A stretch of 64,000 nt of DNA from Macrostomum lignano (lineage: Eukaryota): NCBI GenBank assembly GCA_002269645.1, contig NIVC01000882.1, positions 62,001 through 126,000 of the forward strand, read 5' to 3'. The number at the start of each line of letters is the position of its first letter. Position 1 is the stretch's first letter. Both the position numbers and the translations under genes were made by a program. Positions 23,641 to 35,418 of the stretch are shown here, piece by piece. A model generated the notes under the pieces. That model had not been told where the DNA came from. It searched no databases and saw nothing but the letters and a program-made list of their open reading frames with translations.

Positions 23641-25187
23641 GACAATTTCTCTAGATCTCTATCTTCATTGACACTAATAGCTGCAGACATAGATGCATGT
23701 TATAGATAATGAAACTCTAGCAGCCTGAGAAGTGACAATTGCCAAAACAGAAAATGGAGTAACAATACTCAGTTTCTAAATCTTTTTGGTCTGTTTTATC
23801 CCAAAAAACTTTGCCATAAATTTCAACTGAGTAGCTAGCCAGTCAGTCATCTGCTTTTGTAGATGAAGGTATAGTGTGGTAAAGCTCAACAAAATTGTTG
23901 ACAGCTTTAAACTTTTTATTCTTTTAGCAAGACTGTTACTTTGCGGCAAATGCTAGGGTTCAAACAAGTACTTGACTTTGTTAAGTTTTGAGCCAAATAC
24001 TTAAGCCTTTTGTGAAAAACTTGACTTTGCCAAGTTGGGATTAGGGAGAAAAGTAGGGTTGATTCAAGTTTTTTAGGACAAAGGGTAATGCGATAGTTAA
24101 AACATTTTTTTATGACTTTGATTAAAAGAAACTGAAAATACAATTCAGTTTATAAGTCTTGAATGTATTCTAATTGTTATTAAATGAGTTAAAATTATGT
24201 TTTTTATTATTTCAGTTTTCAGATAGCATTGGCCATGCCTATTGATAGCTATAAGCTATACTACTTTTGTACACCAGTAATATTATAATAAAATTATTAG
24301 AGTAATAGCATTGCATTGTTGTATGCAATTGTAATGCTTTGTTAACACAAGTAGTTTTATATAATGATTTTTTGTGGTACAAGATCTTTTAATTCCTAGA
24401 GTAGACCCTAGTTCCTTTATTATAGCTTCTAAACTAAAGCCACATTTTACAAATTTCAATATAAAATTTTGGCAGATAGAAATTATACACAGCATTCTAT
24501 ATAAGAATGTTGAGTAAGTCCAAGTTTAGTATTCCATATCAAATTTTTGCATTAGCATATATATTATTAACTTAAATAATGGGCATAGATATAAAAAAAT
24601 CTAATTTCTATGGTATTTTAAACATAAAACATTTTTTCTCCATTGTCCTAATTTGCATAAACAAAAATGGTATATATCGGCAATCAGCATACAAAAAAGA
24701 GTTTTAACAAAAAGTATATTTTTGTATATTTTGAGTGCCCCATGTCTATTGTATTCGCTGCATGGTCTATATTTCTAAAAAATGTATCAAGTTGACAAAT
24801 AGATACAGGTCTAAGCATGTACTTTCAAAGTGAAGCCCTAGCATACACATGCAACTTCCTGAATTTTATCTAGCTGGTGAAACATAGTTTACCATGAAAA
24901 TATTATATGTATGTCTAAAAAGTACTCATATTTAGTTATATATGTAATTTAAATCTTTTTTCTCTTTTGCATCAATTGTTTAATGCTCCATCTGTCTTTG
25001 TTTTTGTAATATATTGTGGATAGGTATGTAGATTTTCATGTTTTTGTATTGTGTACTCTTTGGTTTTTCAACATACCCCTGCCTTGGCAGGGAGTAGGAC
25101 GTTTGCTTGCCAAAGTTTGCTTGCAGGAAATTTGCTTGCCGAAGTTTGCTTGCAGGAAATTTGCTTGCAGGAATTTTGCTTGCCAAA

Positions 25188-27073
25188 GGGGATGTCAACT
25201 TACGCACCAGAATGGAGCCCGAAGTTCAGCTCCGGACCAAACCGACTGCAATCGATAACTTGTCGGCCCAGACGACTAGAATCGCCGAGACATCCCATCC
25301 GGCTCCCTTCCTTGGGGTCCCAGGGGATAAAGGGGATAAAATGGGGATCTCATGTCAACTTAAGGCTCTAGAATGGAGCCCGAAGTTCAGCTCCGGACCA
25401 AACCGACTGCAATCGATAACTTGTCGGCCCAGACGACTAGAATCGCCGAGACATCCCATCCGGCTCCCTTCCTTGGGGTCCCAGGGGATAAAGGGGATAA
25501 AATGGGGATCTCATGTCAACTTAAGGCTCTGGAATGGAGCCCGAAGTTCAGCTCCGGACCAAACCGACTGCAATCGATAAGTTGTCGGCCCAGACGACTA
25601 GAATCGCCGAGACATCCCATCCGGCTCCCTTCCTTGGGGTCCCAGGGGATAAAGGGGATAAAATGGGGATCTCATGTCAACTTAAGGCTCTGGAATGGAG
25701 CCCGAAGTTCAGCTCCGGCCCAAACCGACTGCAATCGATAAGTTGTCGGCCCAGACGACTAGAATCGCCGAGACATCCCATCCGGCTCCCTTCCTTGGGG
25801 TCCCAGGGGATAAAGGGGATAAAATGGGGATCTCATGTCAACTTAAGGCTCTGGAATGGAGCCCGAAGTTCAGCTCCGGACCAAACCGACTGCAATCGAT
25901 AAGTTGTCGGCCCAGACGACTAGAATCGCCGAGACATCCCATCCGGCTCCCTTCCTTGGGGTCCCAGGGGATAAAGGGGATAAAATGGGGATCTCATGTC
26001 AACTTAAGGCTCTGGAATGGAGCCCGAAGTTCAGCTCCGGCCCAAACCGACTGCAATCGATAAGTTGTCGGCCCAGACGACTAGAATCGCCGAGACATCC
26101 CATCCGGCTCCCTTCCTTGGGGTCCCAGGGGATAAAGGGGATAAAATGGGGATCTCATGTCAACTTAAGGCTCTGGAATGGAGCCCGAAGTTCAGCTCCG
26201 GACCAAACCGACTGCAATCGATAACTTGTCGGCCCAGACGACTAGAATCGCCGAGACATCCCATCCGGCTCCCTTCCTTGGGGTCCCAGGGGATAAAGGG
26301 GATAAAATGGGGATCTCATGTCAACTTAAGGCTCTGGAATGGAGCCCGAAGTTCAGCTCCGGACCAAACCGACTGCAATCGATAACTTGTCGGCCCAGAC
26401 GACTAGAATCGCCGAGACATCCCATCCGGCTCCCTTCCTTGGGGTCCCAGGGGATAAAGGGGATAAAATGGGGATCTCATGTCAACTTAAGGCTCTGGAA
26501 TGGAGCCCGAAGTTCAGCTCCGGACCAAACCGACTGCAATCGATAAGTTGTCGGCCCAGACGACTAGAATCGCCGAGACATCCCATCCGGCTCCCTTCCT
26601 TGGGGTCCCAGGGGATAAAGGGGATAAAATGGGGATCTCATGTCAACTTAAGGCTCTGGAATGGAGCCCGAAGTTCAGCTCCGGACCAAACCGACTGCAA
26701 TCGATAACTTGTCGGCCCAGACGACTAGAATCGCCGAGACATCCCATCCGGCTCCCTTCCTTGGGGTCCCAGGGGATAAAGGGGATAAAATGGGGATCTC
26801 ATGTCAACTTAAGGCTCTGGAATGGAGCCCGAAGTTCAGCTCCGGACCAAACCGATTGCAATCGATAACTTGTCGGCCCAGACGACTAGAATCGCCGAGA
26901 CATCCCATCCGGCTCCCTTCCTTGGGGTCCCAGGGGATAAAGGGGATAAAATGGGGATCTCATGTCAACTTAAGGCTCTGGAATGGAGCCCGAAGTTCAG
27001 CTCCGGACCAAACCGATTGCAATCGATAACTTGTCGGCCCAGACGACTAGAATCGCCGAGACATCCCATCCGG
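25188..27073 (+). repeat. Left arm: about 11.7 copies of a 161-bp unit
   Basis: Spurious ORF starts recur every 161 nt (25373, 25534, 25695 ...). Confidence 0.97.
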
Positions 27074-27387
27074 TTTCAAGTGACGAAGCTCTATTCTATT
27101 CGAATATCGCATTAGCGGGTGTATTTTATTTTAGCTATTATATATTGTTTGCATTGTAATATTTCCGTCGTTTAATTTTTCCGGATTTTTGAGAATGTTT
27201 TCGCGGTTTTTATTTGACCACTTTAGGCGAGAGATTTTTGATACTGTGCGTCAAGTATTTGTAGCATTAGTTTAAGTGATATATTTTAAGTGATATATTA
27301 ATGAAGTTAAGGTTTTGGTCAGTTTTTCTTACTTAGTTTTATGACAGGTGCAGATTTGTTGCAGATTGCGTTTTATACTTGCTAGTA

Positions 27388-28040
27388 ATGTCCGATTTTA
27401 CTTGCTCTCAATGTGGTCATCAATTCAGCAAAGCAGCCAATTTGAACCGACATCTCGAAACGACTAGATGTGGTCGCTGCTCATCTGAATCGTCTGGAGC
27501 CTTCGCGCCTCCGAGAAACGCACGAGAGGCGCTTCAGTTTCTTGCGGTCGGTGGTAAGTATGTGAAAGTTTTTTTGAACCCAAACCTTTTTCCACGAACC
27601 GCAAATGAGAAGGAGTTCAAACGTATTTGCGGTCTTAGCTATAGTGATTTCGATAGCTTCTCAGAAATGTTACCAGAAGTATCTCGCCTTCGTATTTTGA
27701 CAAAGCCATCTCGAATATTTTTGTACCTGAAGAAGCTTCGCCAAGGTTGCAGCTTTCAATCATTAGCTTTCGATTTCAACATTTCTGCCCAAAGAGCATG
27801 CGACATTTTTTGGGAGATTGCCAAGGAGCAGTACCTACGGGATCCATATCAACCGAGGTCGATAGCGTCGACTCCGATTCAGACTCTGCTTGAGGAAAAT
27901 GTAGTACGCGATCAATTTATTCTCGGTGTATTTCACACACTACTCAAAGGCAAGAAGCTTGTTCTTCTAGTGGGTGATCATACTTACTTTTATCTCCCTA
28001 AGAGCAGCTCACACCACACGCAAATTCGAACTTACCGGCT
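27388..28040 (+). pseudogene. Truncated transposase: C2H2/C2HC zinc finger, HTH (DDE_Tnp_4-associated type) and start of DDE core
   Basis: MSDFTCSQCGHQFSKAANLNRHLETTRC; IFLYLKKLRQGCSFQSLAFDFNISAQRACDIFW; LVLLVGDHTYFYLPKSSSHHTQIRTY. The ORF then runs directly into the right arm at 28041. Confidence 0.75.
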
Positions 28041-29775
28041 AGGAAGGGAGCCGGATGGGATGTCTCGGCGATTCTAGTCGTCTGGGCCGACAAGTTATCG
28101 ATTGCAATCGGTTTGGTCCGGAGCTGAACTTCGGGCTCCATTCCAGAGCCTTAAGTTGACATGAGATCCCCATTTTATCCCCTTTATCCCCTGGGACCCC
28201 AAGGAAGGGAGCCGGATGGGATGTCTCGGCGATTCTAGTCGTCTGGGCCGACAAGTTATCGATTGCAGTCGGTTTGGTCCGGAGCTGAACTTCGGGCTCC
28301 ATTCCAGAGCCTTAAGTTGACATGAGATCCCCATTTTATCCCCTTTATCCCCTGGGACCCCAAGGAAGGGAGCCGGATGGGATGTCTCGGCGATTCTAGT
28401 CGTCTGGGCCGACAACTTATCGATTGCAGTCGGTTTGGTCCGGAGCTGAACTTCGGGCTCCATTCCAGAGCCTTAAGTTGACATGAGATCCCCATTTTAT
28501 CCCCTTTATCCCCTGGGACCCCAAGGAAGGGAGCCGGATGGGATGTCTCGGCGATTCTAGTCGTCTGGGCCGACAAGTTATCGATTGCAGTCGGTTTGGT
28601 CCGGAGCTGAACTTCGGGCTCCATTCCAGAGCCTTAAGTTGACATGAGATCCCCATTTTATCCCCTTTATCCCCTGGGACCCCAAGGAAGGGAGCCGGAT
28701 GGGATGTCTCGGCGATTCTAGTCGTCTGGGCCGACAAGTTATCGATTGCAGTCGGTTTGGTCCGGAGCTGAACTTCGGGCTCCATTCCAGAGCCTTAAGT
28801 TGACATGAGATCCCCATTTTATCCCCTTTATCCCCTGGGACCCCAAGGAAGGGAGCCGGATGGGATGTCTCGGCGATTCTAGTCGTCTGGGCCGACAAGT
28901 TATCGATTGCAGTCGGTTTGGTCCGGAGCTGAACTTCGGGCTCCATTCCAGAGCCTTAAGTTGACATGAGATCCCCATTTTATCCCCTTTATCCCCTGGG
29001 ACCCCAAGGAAGGGAGCCGGATGGGATGTCTCGGCGATTCTAGTCGTCTGGGCCGACAAGTTATCGATTGCAGTCGGTTTGGTCCGGAGCTGAACTTCGG
29101 GCTCCATTCCAGAGCCTTAAGTTGACATGAGATCCCCATTTTATCCCCTTTATCCCCTGGGACCCCAAGGAAGGGAGCCGGATGGGATGTCTCGGCGATT
29201 CTAGTCGTCTGGGCCGACAACTTATCGATTGCAGTCGGTTTGGGCCGGAGCTGAACTTCGGGCTCCATTCCAGAGCCTTAAGTTGACATGAGATCCCCAT
29301 TTTATCCCCTTTATCCCCTGGGACCCCAAGGAAGGGAGCCGGATGGGATGTCTCGGCGATTCTAGTCGTCTGGGCCGACAAGTTATCGATTGCAGTCGGT
29401 TTGGTCCGGAGCTGAACTTCGGGCTCCATTCCAGAGCCTTAAGTTGACATGAGATCCCCATTTTATCCCCTTTATCCCCTGGGACCCCAAGGAAGGGAGC
29501 CGGATGGGATGTCTCGGCGATTCTAGTCGTCTGGGCCGACAACTTATCGATTGCAGTCGGTTTGGGCCGGAGCTGAACTTCGGGCTCCATTCCAGAGCCT
29601 TAAGTTGACATGAGATCCCCATTTTATCCCCTTTATCCCCTGGGACCCCAAGGAAGGGAGCCGGATGGGATGTCTCGGCGATTCTAGTCGTCTGGGCCGA
29701 CAAGTTATCGATTGCAGTCGGTTTGGTCCGGAGCTGAACTTCGGGCTCCATTCTGGTGCTTAAGTTGACATCCCC
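28041..29775 (-). repeat. Right arm: about 10.8 copies of the 161-bp unit, inverted
   Basis: Reverse complement of the left-arm unit. Confidence 0.97.
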
Positions 29776-30420
29776 TTTTGCGTGCAGGAATTTTGCTTGC
29801 CAAATTTTGCTTGCAGGAAATTTGCTTGCCAAATTTTGCTTGCAGGAATTTTGCTTGCCAAATTTTGCTTGCAGGAAATTTGCTTGCCGAAGTTTGCTTG
29901 CAGGAAATTTGCTTGCCGAAGTTTGCTTGCAGGAAATTTGCTTGCCGAAGTTTGCTTGCAGGAAATTTGCTTGCCGAAGTTTGCTTGCAGGAAATTTGCT
30001 TGCCGAAGTTTGCTTGCAGGAAATTTGCTTGCCGAAGTTTGCTTGCAGGAAATTTGCTTGCCGAAGTTTGCTTGCAGGAAATTTGCTTGCCGAAGTTTGC
30101 TTGCAGGAAATTTGCTTGCCGAAGTTTGCTTGCAGGAAATTTGCTTGCCGAAGTTTGCTTGCAGGAAATTTGCTTGCCGAAGTTTGCTTGCAGGAAATTT
30201 GCTTGCCGAAGTTTGCTTGCAGGAAATTTGCTTGCCGAAGTTTGCTTGCAGGAAATTTGCTTGCCGAAGTTTGCTTGCAGGAAATTTGCTTGCCGAAGTT
30301 TGCTTGCAGGAAATTTGCTTGCAAGAATTTTGCTTGCTGAATTTTGCTTGCCAAATTTTGCTTGCAGGAACTTTGCTTGCCGAAGTTTGCTTGCAAGAAC
30401 TTTGCTTGCGGAATTTTGAT
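29776..30420. repeat. 29-bp satellite (GAAGTTTGCTTGCAGGAAATTTGCTTGCC)
   Basis: Direct periodicity; the long Cys/Lys/Gln-rich ORFs here are translation artefacts. Confidence 0.95.
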
Positions 30421-30989
30421 GTCTGCTTCCTAGAAATTTCCTAGAATTTGCTTGTTTTGATTGCTTGTGAAGTTGGTCAGTCAATTATTACTTACTACAG
30501 TCTACAGATGCTTTGCAAGTGGATTCTTATCAGCATCAACATAAACTAACTTGACACTAAGCTTTCAAACTAGGCTTACAGAGTTTCATTCTAAGAATTT
30601 AGTATATAAAAATGATTAGAGATTTAGTATAGGTAATTGGGATTGGTAATAGTATAAATCTTTGTAGTTCCTGATTTCAGCACGATTGAGCAGGTATGAT
30701 AATTGCAGTGATGCTAATGTATAATAATGCATATACTAATGATAATTAGTATATAAAAATGTAAACGCACTTGGACTGGCGGATTTGCACGAGTACTAGT
30801 GTAGTGTACTTGCCACCGAGGAACAAAAGTTAAAATACATTTGTAGAACCGAAAGTTCCGTGGAGTTTCGAAAGTTTCTGCTTTATGGCTAAAATCATAA
30901 CACTATATAGGCGACTTCCACAAATCTTAGAAACTGAAAATTAGAAATACAAGAGCTCAAAAAAGGTTCCGCAAGAAAGCTTTTCCTAG

Positions 30990-31760
30990 CAAACCTCGTC
31001 AAGCAAAATTTCTGCAAGCAAACTTCAACAAGCTTATGTGCAGCAAGCAAATTTCGGCTAACAAATTTCCTGCAAGCAAAATTCGGCAAGCAAAATTTCT
31101 GCAAGCAAAGTTCCTGCAAGCAAAGTTCCTGCAAGCAAACTTCGGCAAGCAAAGTTCCTGCAAGCAAAGTTCCTGCAAGCAAACTTCGGCAAGCAAAGTT
31201 CCTGCAAGCAAAGTTCCTGCAAGCAAACTTCGGCAAGCAAAGTTCCTGCAAGCAAAGTTCCTGCAAGCAAAGTTCCTGCAAGCAAACTTCGGCAGGCGAA
31301 ATTCCTCAAGCAAAGTTCGGCAGGCGAAATTCCTCAAGCAAAGTTCGGCAAGCAGACTTCGGAAAGCAAAAAGTTCGGCATGCAAAGTTCGGCAAGCAAA
31401 GTTCGGTAGGCGAAATTCCTCAAGCAAAGTTCGGCAAGCAGACTTCGGAAAGCAAAAAGTTCGGCATGCAAAGTTCGGCAAGCAAAGTTCGGTAGGCGAA
31501 ATTCCTCAAGCAAAGTTCGGCAAGCAGACTTCGGAAAGCAAAAAGTTCGGCATGCAAAGTTCGGCAAGCAAAGTTCGGTAGGCGAAATTCCTCAAGCAAA
31601 GTTCGGCAAGCAGACTTCGGAAAGCAAAAAGTTCGGCATGCAAAGTTCGGCAAGCAAAGTTCGGCAAGCAGACTTCGGAAAGCAAAAAGTTCGGCATGCA
31701 AAGTTCGGCAAGCAAAATTTGGCAAGCAAAGTTCCTGCAAGCAAACTTCTCGCAAGCGAA
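30990..31760. repeat. Inverted, more complex version of the same satellite (GCAAGCAAAGTTCCT / GCAAGCAAACTTCG)
   Basis: Reverse complement of the TTTGCTTGC core. Confidence 0.92.
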
Positions 31761-32120
31761 TTTCATAGACCCGCCTTGGCCACTGTCAACCTGGGCTGGA
31801 TCGTATTGGTATAAAATGCTAGTTCTATTTTGCTTAGGCCAATATTATTTAATTTATGTGCATCAGTTTGGGTATATATATATATCATTATATGGCTATG
31901 AATAGAAAATACTATTGCAACTATGTGTTCTTGCCTATGACTTTGCCTATGTTATGAGGTCCCTGTTTTAACAAAACTCGAATGCATGCATATATTATAA
32001 AAAATGAATAGACTAAACTTCCATTTCACCAACTGTCAATATATGTTACAATACTTGGTGCAGTAATCTTACAATGCTACTGGAGCTTATAGAATATGAC
32101 ATCAAATTTCTAATTCAGCC

Positions 32121-34333
32121 ATGGTGAAGGGAGACAAGCGCAAATGGAAGGAGGGCTTCTTTGAGAAGCTCACCGCTTTGCTCAGCGAATACTCTAAGAC
32201 CTTCATTGTTAGCGTTGACAATGTCGGCTCCAAGCAGATGCAGCAGATCCGGCAGTCAATGCGCAATGAAGCCGTGATCCTCATTGGCAAGAACACCATG
32301 ATCAGGAAGGTGGTCCGGGCTATGCTAGACGACCATCCCACCCTGGAGAAGCTGCTGCCCCACATCCGGCTGAATGTTGGCTTCGTGTTCACCAACCAGG
32401 ATCTGAACGAGGTGCGCAAGAAGATCGAAGGCAATCAGGTGGCCGCCCCGGCCAGGGCCGGCTCCATTGCACCCTGCGACGTAGTGGTGCCCGCCCAGAA
32501 CACCGGCCTGGGACCTGAGAAGACCAGCTTCTTTCAGGCGTTGAACATTCAGACTAAGATTACGCGCGGTACTATTGAAATCTTGTCTGACGTGCCGCTG
32601 ATTAAGAAGAATACTAAGGTAAGCAGTGTCTAATAGGGACTTGGGTTTAAGCATCCGCCAGGTATTTATTTGTAACCACGCAACCGTTAAGGCTACTACT
32701 TAGGATACAGGCTACGGATACTGATTGTTATATGGATATTTGGGAGATACTGATTAGCCAAGGGATATTTGGTGGCTACAGATTGGCTGAGAGATATTTG
32801 CGGGATACTGATTGGCTAAGGGATATTTGGGGGATGCTGATTGGCTGAGGGGTATTTGGTGGCTACTGATTGGCTGAGGGATATTTGCGGGATGCTGATT
32901 GTCTGAGGGATATTTGGGGGCTACTGATTGGCTGAGGGATATTTGCGGGATGCTGATTGTCTGAGGGATATTTGGGGGCTACTGATTGGCTGAGGGATAT
33001 TTGCGGGATGCTGATTGTCTGAGGGATAGTTGGGGGCTAATGATTGGCTGAGGGATATTTGGGGGCTACTGATTGGCTGAGGGATATTTGGTGGCTACTG
33101 ATTGGCTGAGGGATATTTGCGAGATGCTGATTGTCTGAGGGATATTTGCGGGATGCTGATTGTTTGAGGGATATTTGGGGGCTACTGATTGGCTGAGGGA
33201 TATTTGCGGGATGCTGATTGTCTGAGGGATAGTTGGGGGCTAATGATTGGCTGAGGGATATTTGGGGGCTACTGATTGGCTGAGGGATATTTGGTGGCTA
33301 CTGATTGGCTGAGGGATATTTGCGAGATGCTGATTGTCTGAGGGATATTTGCGGGATGCTGATTGTTTGAGGGATATTTGGGGGCTACTGATTGGCTGAG
33401 GGATATTTGGGGGCTACTGATTGGCTGAGGGATATTTGCGGGATGCTGATTGTCTGAGGGATATTTGGGGGCTACTGATTGGCTAAGGGATATTTGGGGG
33501 CTACGGATTGGCTGAGAGATATTTGGGAGATACGGATTGGTTGAGGGATATTAGGGGGCTAATGATTGGCTGAGGGATATTTGAGGACTACTGATTGGCT
33601 GAGGGATATTTGCGGGATGCTGATTGTCTGAGGGATATTTGGGGGCTACTGATTGGCTGAGGGATATTTGCGGGATGCTGATTGTCTGAGGGATATTTGG
33701 GGGCTACGGATACAAAGTTCAGCGACTGTCTGAACTCTGCTTAGCAGTTTCTTTTATCGTTAATCGTGTTTTTAATTTTATTTCATCATTCAGTGCTCAT
33801 CGGACTGCTCTATCCGATTTTTGAATCAAACTTCCCCAGCAATTTTTACCTATAGTTGAGACGTTCATCAACAACACACGCAGGTCGGCCAGTCCGAGGC
33901 TACCCTCCTGAACATGCTGAAGATTTCGCCGTTCTCCTACGGCCTCAGGATCCGGCAGGTGTACGACAACGGCAGCGTGTTCGGGCCACAGGTGTTGGAC
34001 ATTCGCGACGAGGACATCGTGACGAGATTCTTGGCTGGCAGTCGCCGAGTCGCCGCCCTGTCGCTGCAGCTGGGCACCCCGACTCTGGCCTCGGCGCCTC
34101 ATTCAATTGTCAACGCGTTCAAGCGTTGCCTAGCGGTTGCCGTGGAAACCGACTACGAGTTCCCGTTGGCCAAGACTGTCAAAGAGTATCTGAAAGATCC
34201 CAGCAAGTTTGCCGCCGCCGCCCCGGCCGCCGCTCCGGCCGCCGCCGCCGCTGCCCCGGCCGCCAAGGAGGCGAAAAAGGAAGAGAGCTCGGAGGAGTCG
34301 GACGATGATATGGGAATGTCGCTGTTCGACTGA
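32121..34333 (+). CDS. RPLP0: 60S acidic ribosomal protein P0 (uL10). Exons 32121-32618, 33884-34333; 315 aa
   Basis: [54 protein letters not shown], Ala-rich hinge and [18 protein letters not shown]-terminus; phase-0 GT-AG intron. Confidence 0.98.
32755..33710. repeat. 29-bp minisatellite (GATTGGCTGAGGGATATTTGGGGGCTACT) in RPLP0 intron
   Basis: Direct periodicity. Confidence 0.95.
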
Positions 34334-34874
34334 GCGACTCGAGATTGATAGATCTTTGATATTTACAGTCTCTTTTGCTTTCTTGGGGCCTGGAGCGATT
34401 AAGAAGCGTCTGAAAAATACAAAATCAAAGATGGCTTCTTTGGATTGAAATGTTCCTCTTGTCTTTGTTTTTTATAGTTTTTCTTATTTGTGTCTTTTTT
34501 AGGGCTTTTTCAGCTAGTTTTCTACTGGTGTCGAGTAGTATGTTGGGTTAGTGTAGTACTGAGTGAAAACAATTAAAAAAGCAAATGCGTCAGCGCAAGT
34601 CAGTTTTCAGCTGACCAATCGATCCATTCTTGATTGGCTAATCAGTTTTCATGCTTGACGCAGATTAACTGGAAGTTAAAAAATCACCCGTCATGTGCTT
34701 GATTTGGCTGTACTGTGACGGGATCAAAGGCTTCCAACAGGATTCTGTTAGTTCTTGGAACTTAAATTGGTATTTCTAGTACAATTTTCCCATAATCCTT
34801 CCTCAGGGTTTTCGGTGCATGGGGTTAAGAATGAACAGCAAGAATTTAACTCGATGTACACACGTGAACGCAAG

Positions 34875-35180
34875 ACGGTCAAAACTCAGCCTAAGGGACA
34901 GGCCCAATCTAGCCCAGCCAATGAGAGAGCAGTAAGGAGAGAGGTTATTAAAGTTAGACGGACGAAACTCAGCCTAGGGGGTAGGCCCGATCTAGCTCAG
35001 CCAATGAAAGAACAGTAAAGAGAGAGGTTAAAGTCAGACGGACGAAGCTCACTTTAGGGGACAGACCTAATCTAGCTCAGCCAATGAGAGAGCAGTAAGA
35101 GAGATTAAAGTCGGACGGACGAAACTTAGCCTAGGGGTCAGGCCCAGCTCAGCCAATGAGTGAGCAGTAAAGAGAGGTCA
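34875..35180. repeat. About 4 diverged 75-80-bp units (GACGGACGAAACTCAGCCTAGGG...CTCAGCCAATGA) upstream of the 4-TM gene
   Basis: Recurring CTCAGCCAATGA and GGACGAA motifs. Confidence 0.8.
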
Positions 35181-35418
35181 CAAGAGAGCAAGCACAAAAA
35201 CGCTAACTTTGCTACTGATTACAGAGTAAATAGTTGTAATTTTAGGGACAGAATTGAGTCATTATATTCTAATATCTGTGTCGCTAGCCTATTAAGCTTC
35301 TCACTTTAAAACATTTCAGAGCTGTCACCAGCTTGGTACAGTGCAGCGGCGAAGCGGCTGGTCTGACGGCTGTCCGTTATTTTTAATCGGGTTGCATCAT
35401 CGCTACAGTTGACGCAAA

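Larger units (their letters stand above)
25188..29775. mobile_element. Foldback-type DNA transposon (PHIS group, Spy-like) with long inverted arms made of 161-bp tandem units
   Basis: Termini GGGGATGTCAACTTA(C/A)GCACCAGAATGGAGCCC are inverted at both ends; flanks are AAA| and |TTTT with no TSD; central truncated transposase ORF. Confidence 0.88.
25089..31772. mobile_element. Outer foldback-like element with arms of TTTGCTTGC-based satellite in inverted orientation (arms 25089-25187 plus 29776-30420, and 30990-31772), flanked by 8-bp direct repeat GCCTTGGC
   Basis: GCCTTGGC at 25081-25088 and 31773-31780. Imperfect inverted termini (AGGGAGTAGGACGTTTGCTTGC / GGGTCTATGAAATTCGCTTGC), both 26 nt from a shared GTTTGCTTGCAGG. 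Confidence 0.6.

Noticed and set aside
25188-29775. 161-bp arrays as a CRISPR array or as a family of 122-aa genes (MEPEVQLRTKP...)
   Set aside because: Units are contiguous with no unique spacers, there are no cas genes and the context is eukaryotic. The staggered identical ORFs are an artefact of a unit length not divisible by three.
29383-31905. Long Cys/Lys/Gln-rich ORFs (e.g. KFACRSLLAG repeats)
   Set aside because: Translations of the 29-bp satellite, open in several frames on both strands with no splice or codon support.
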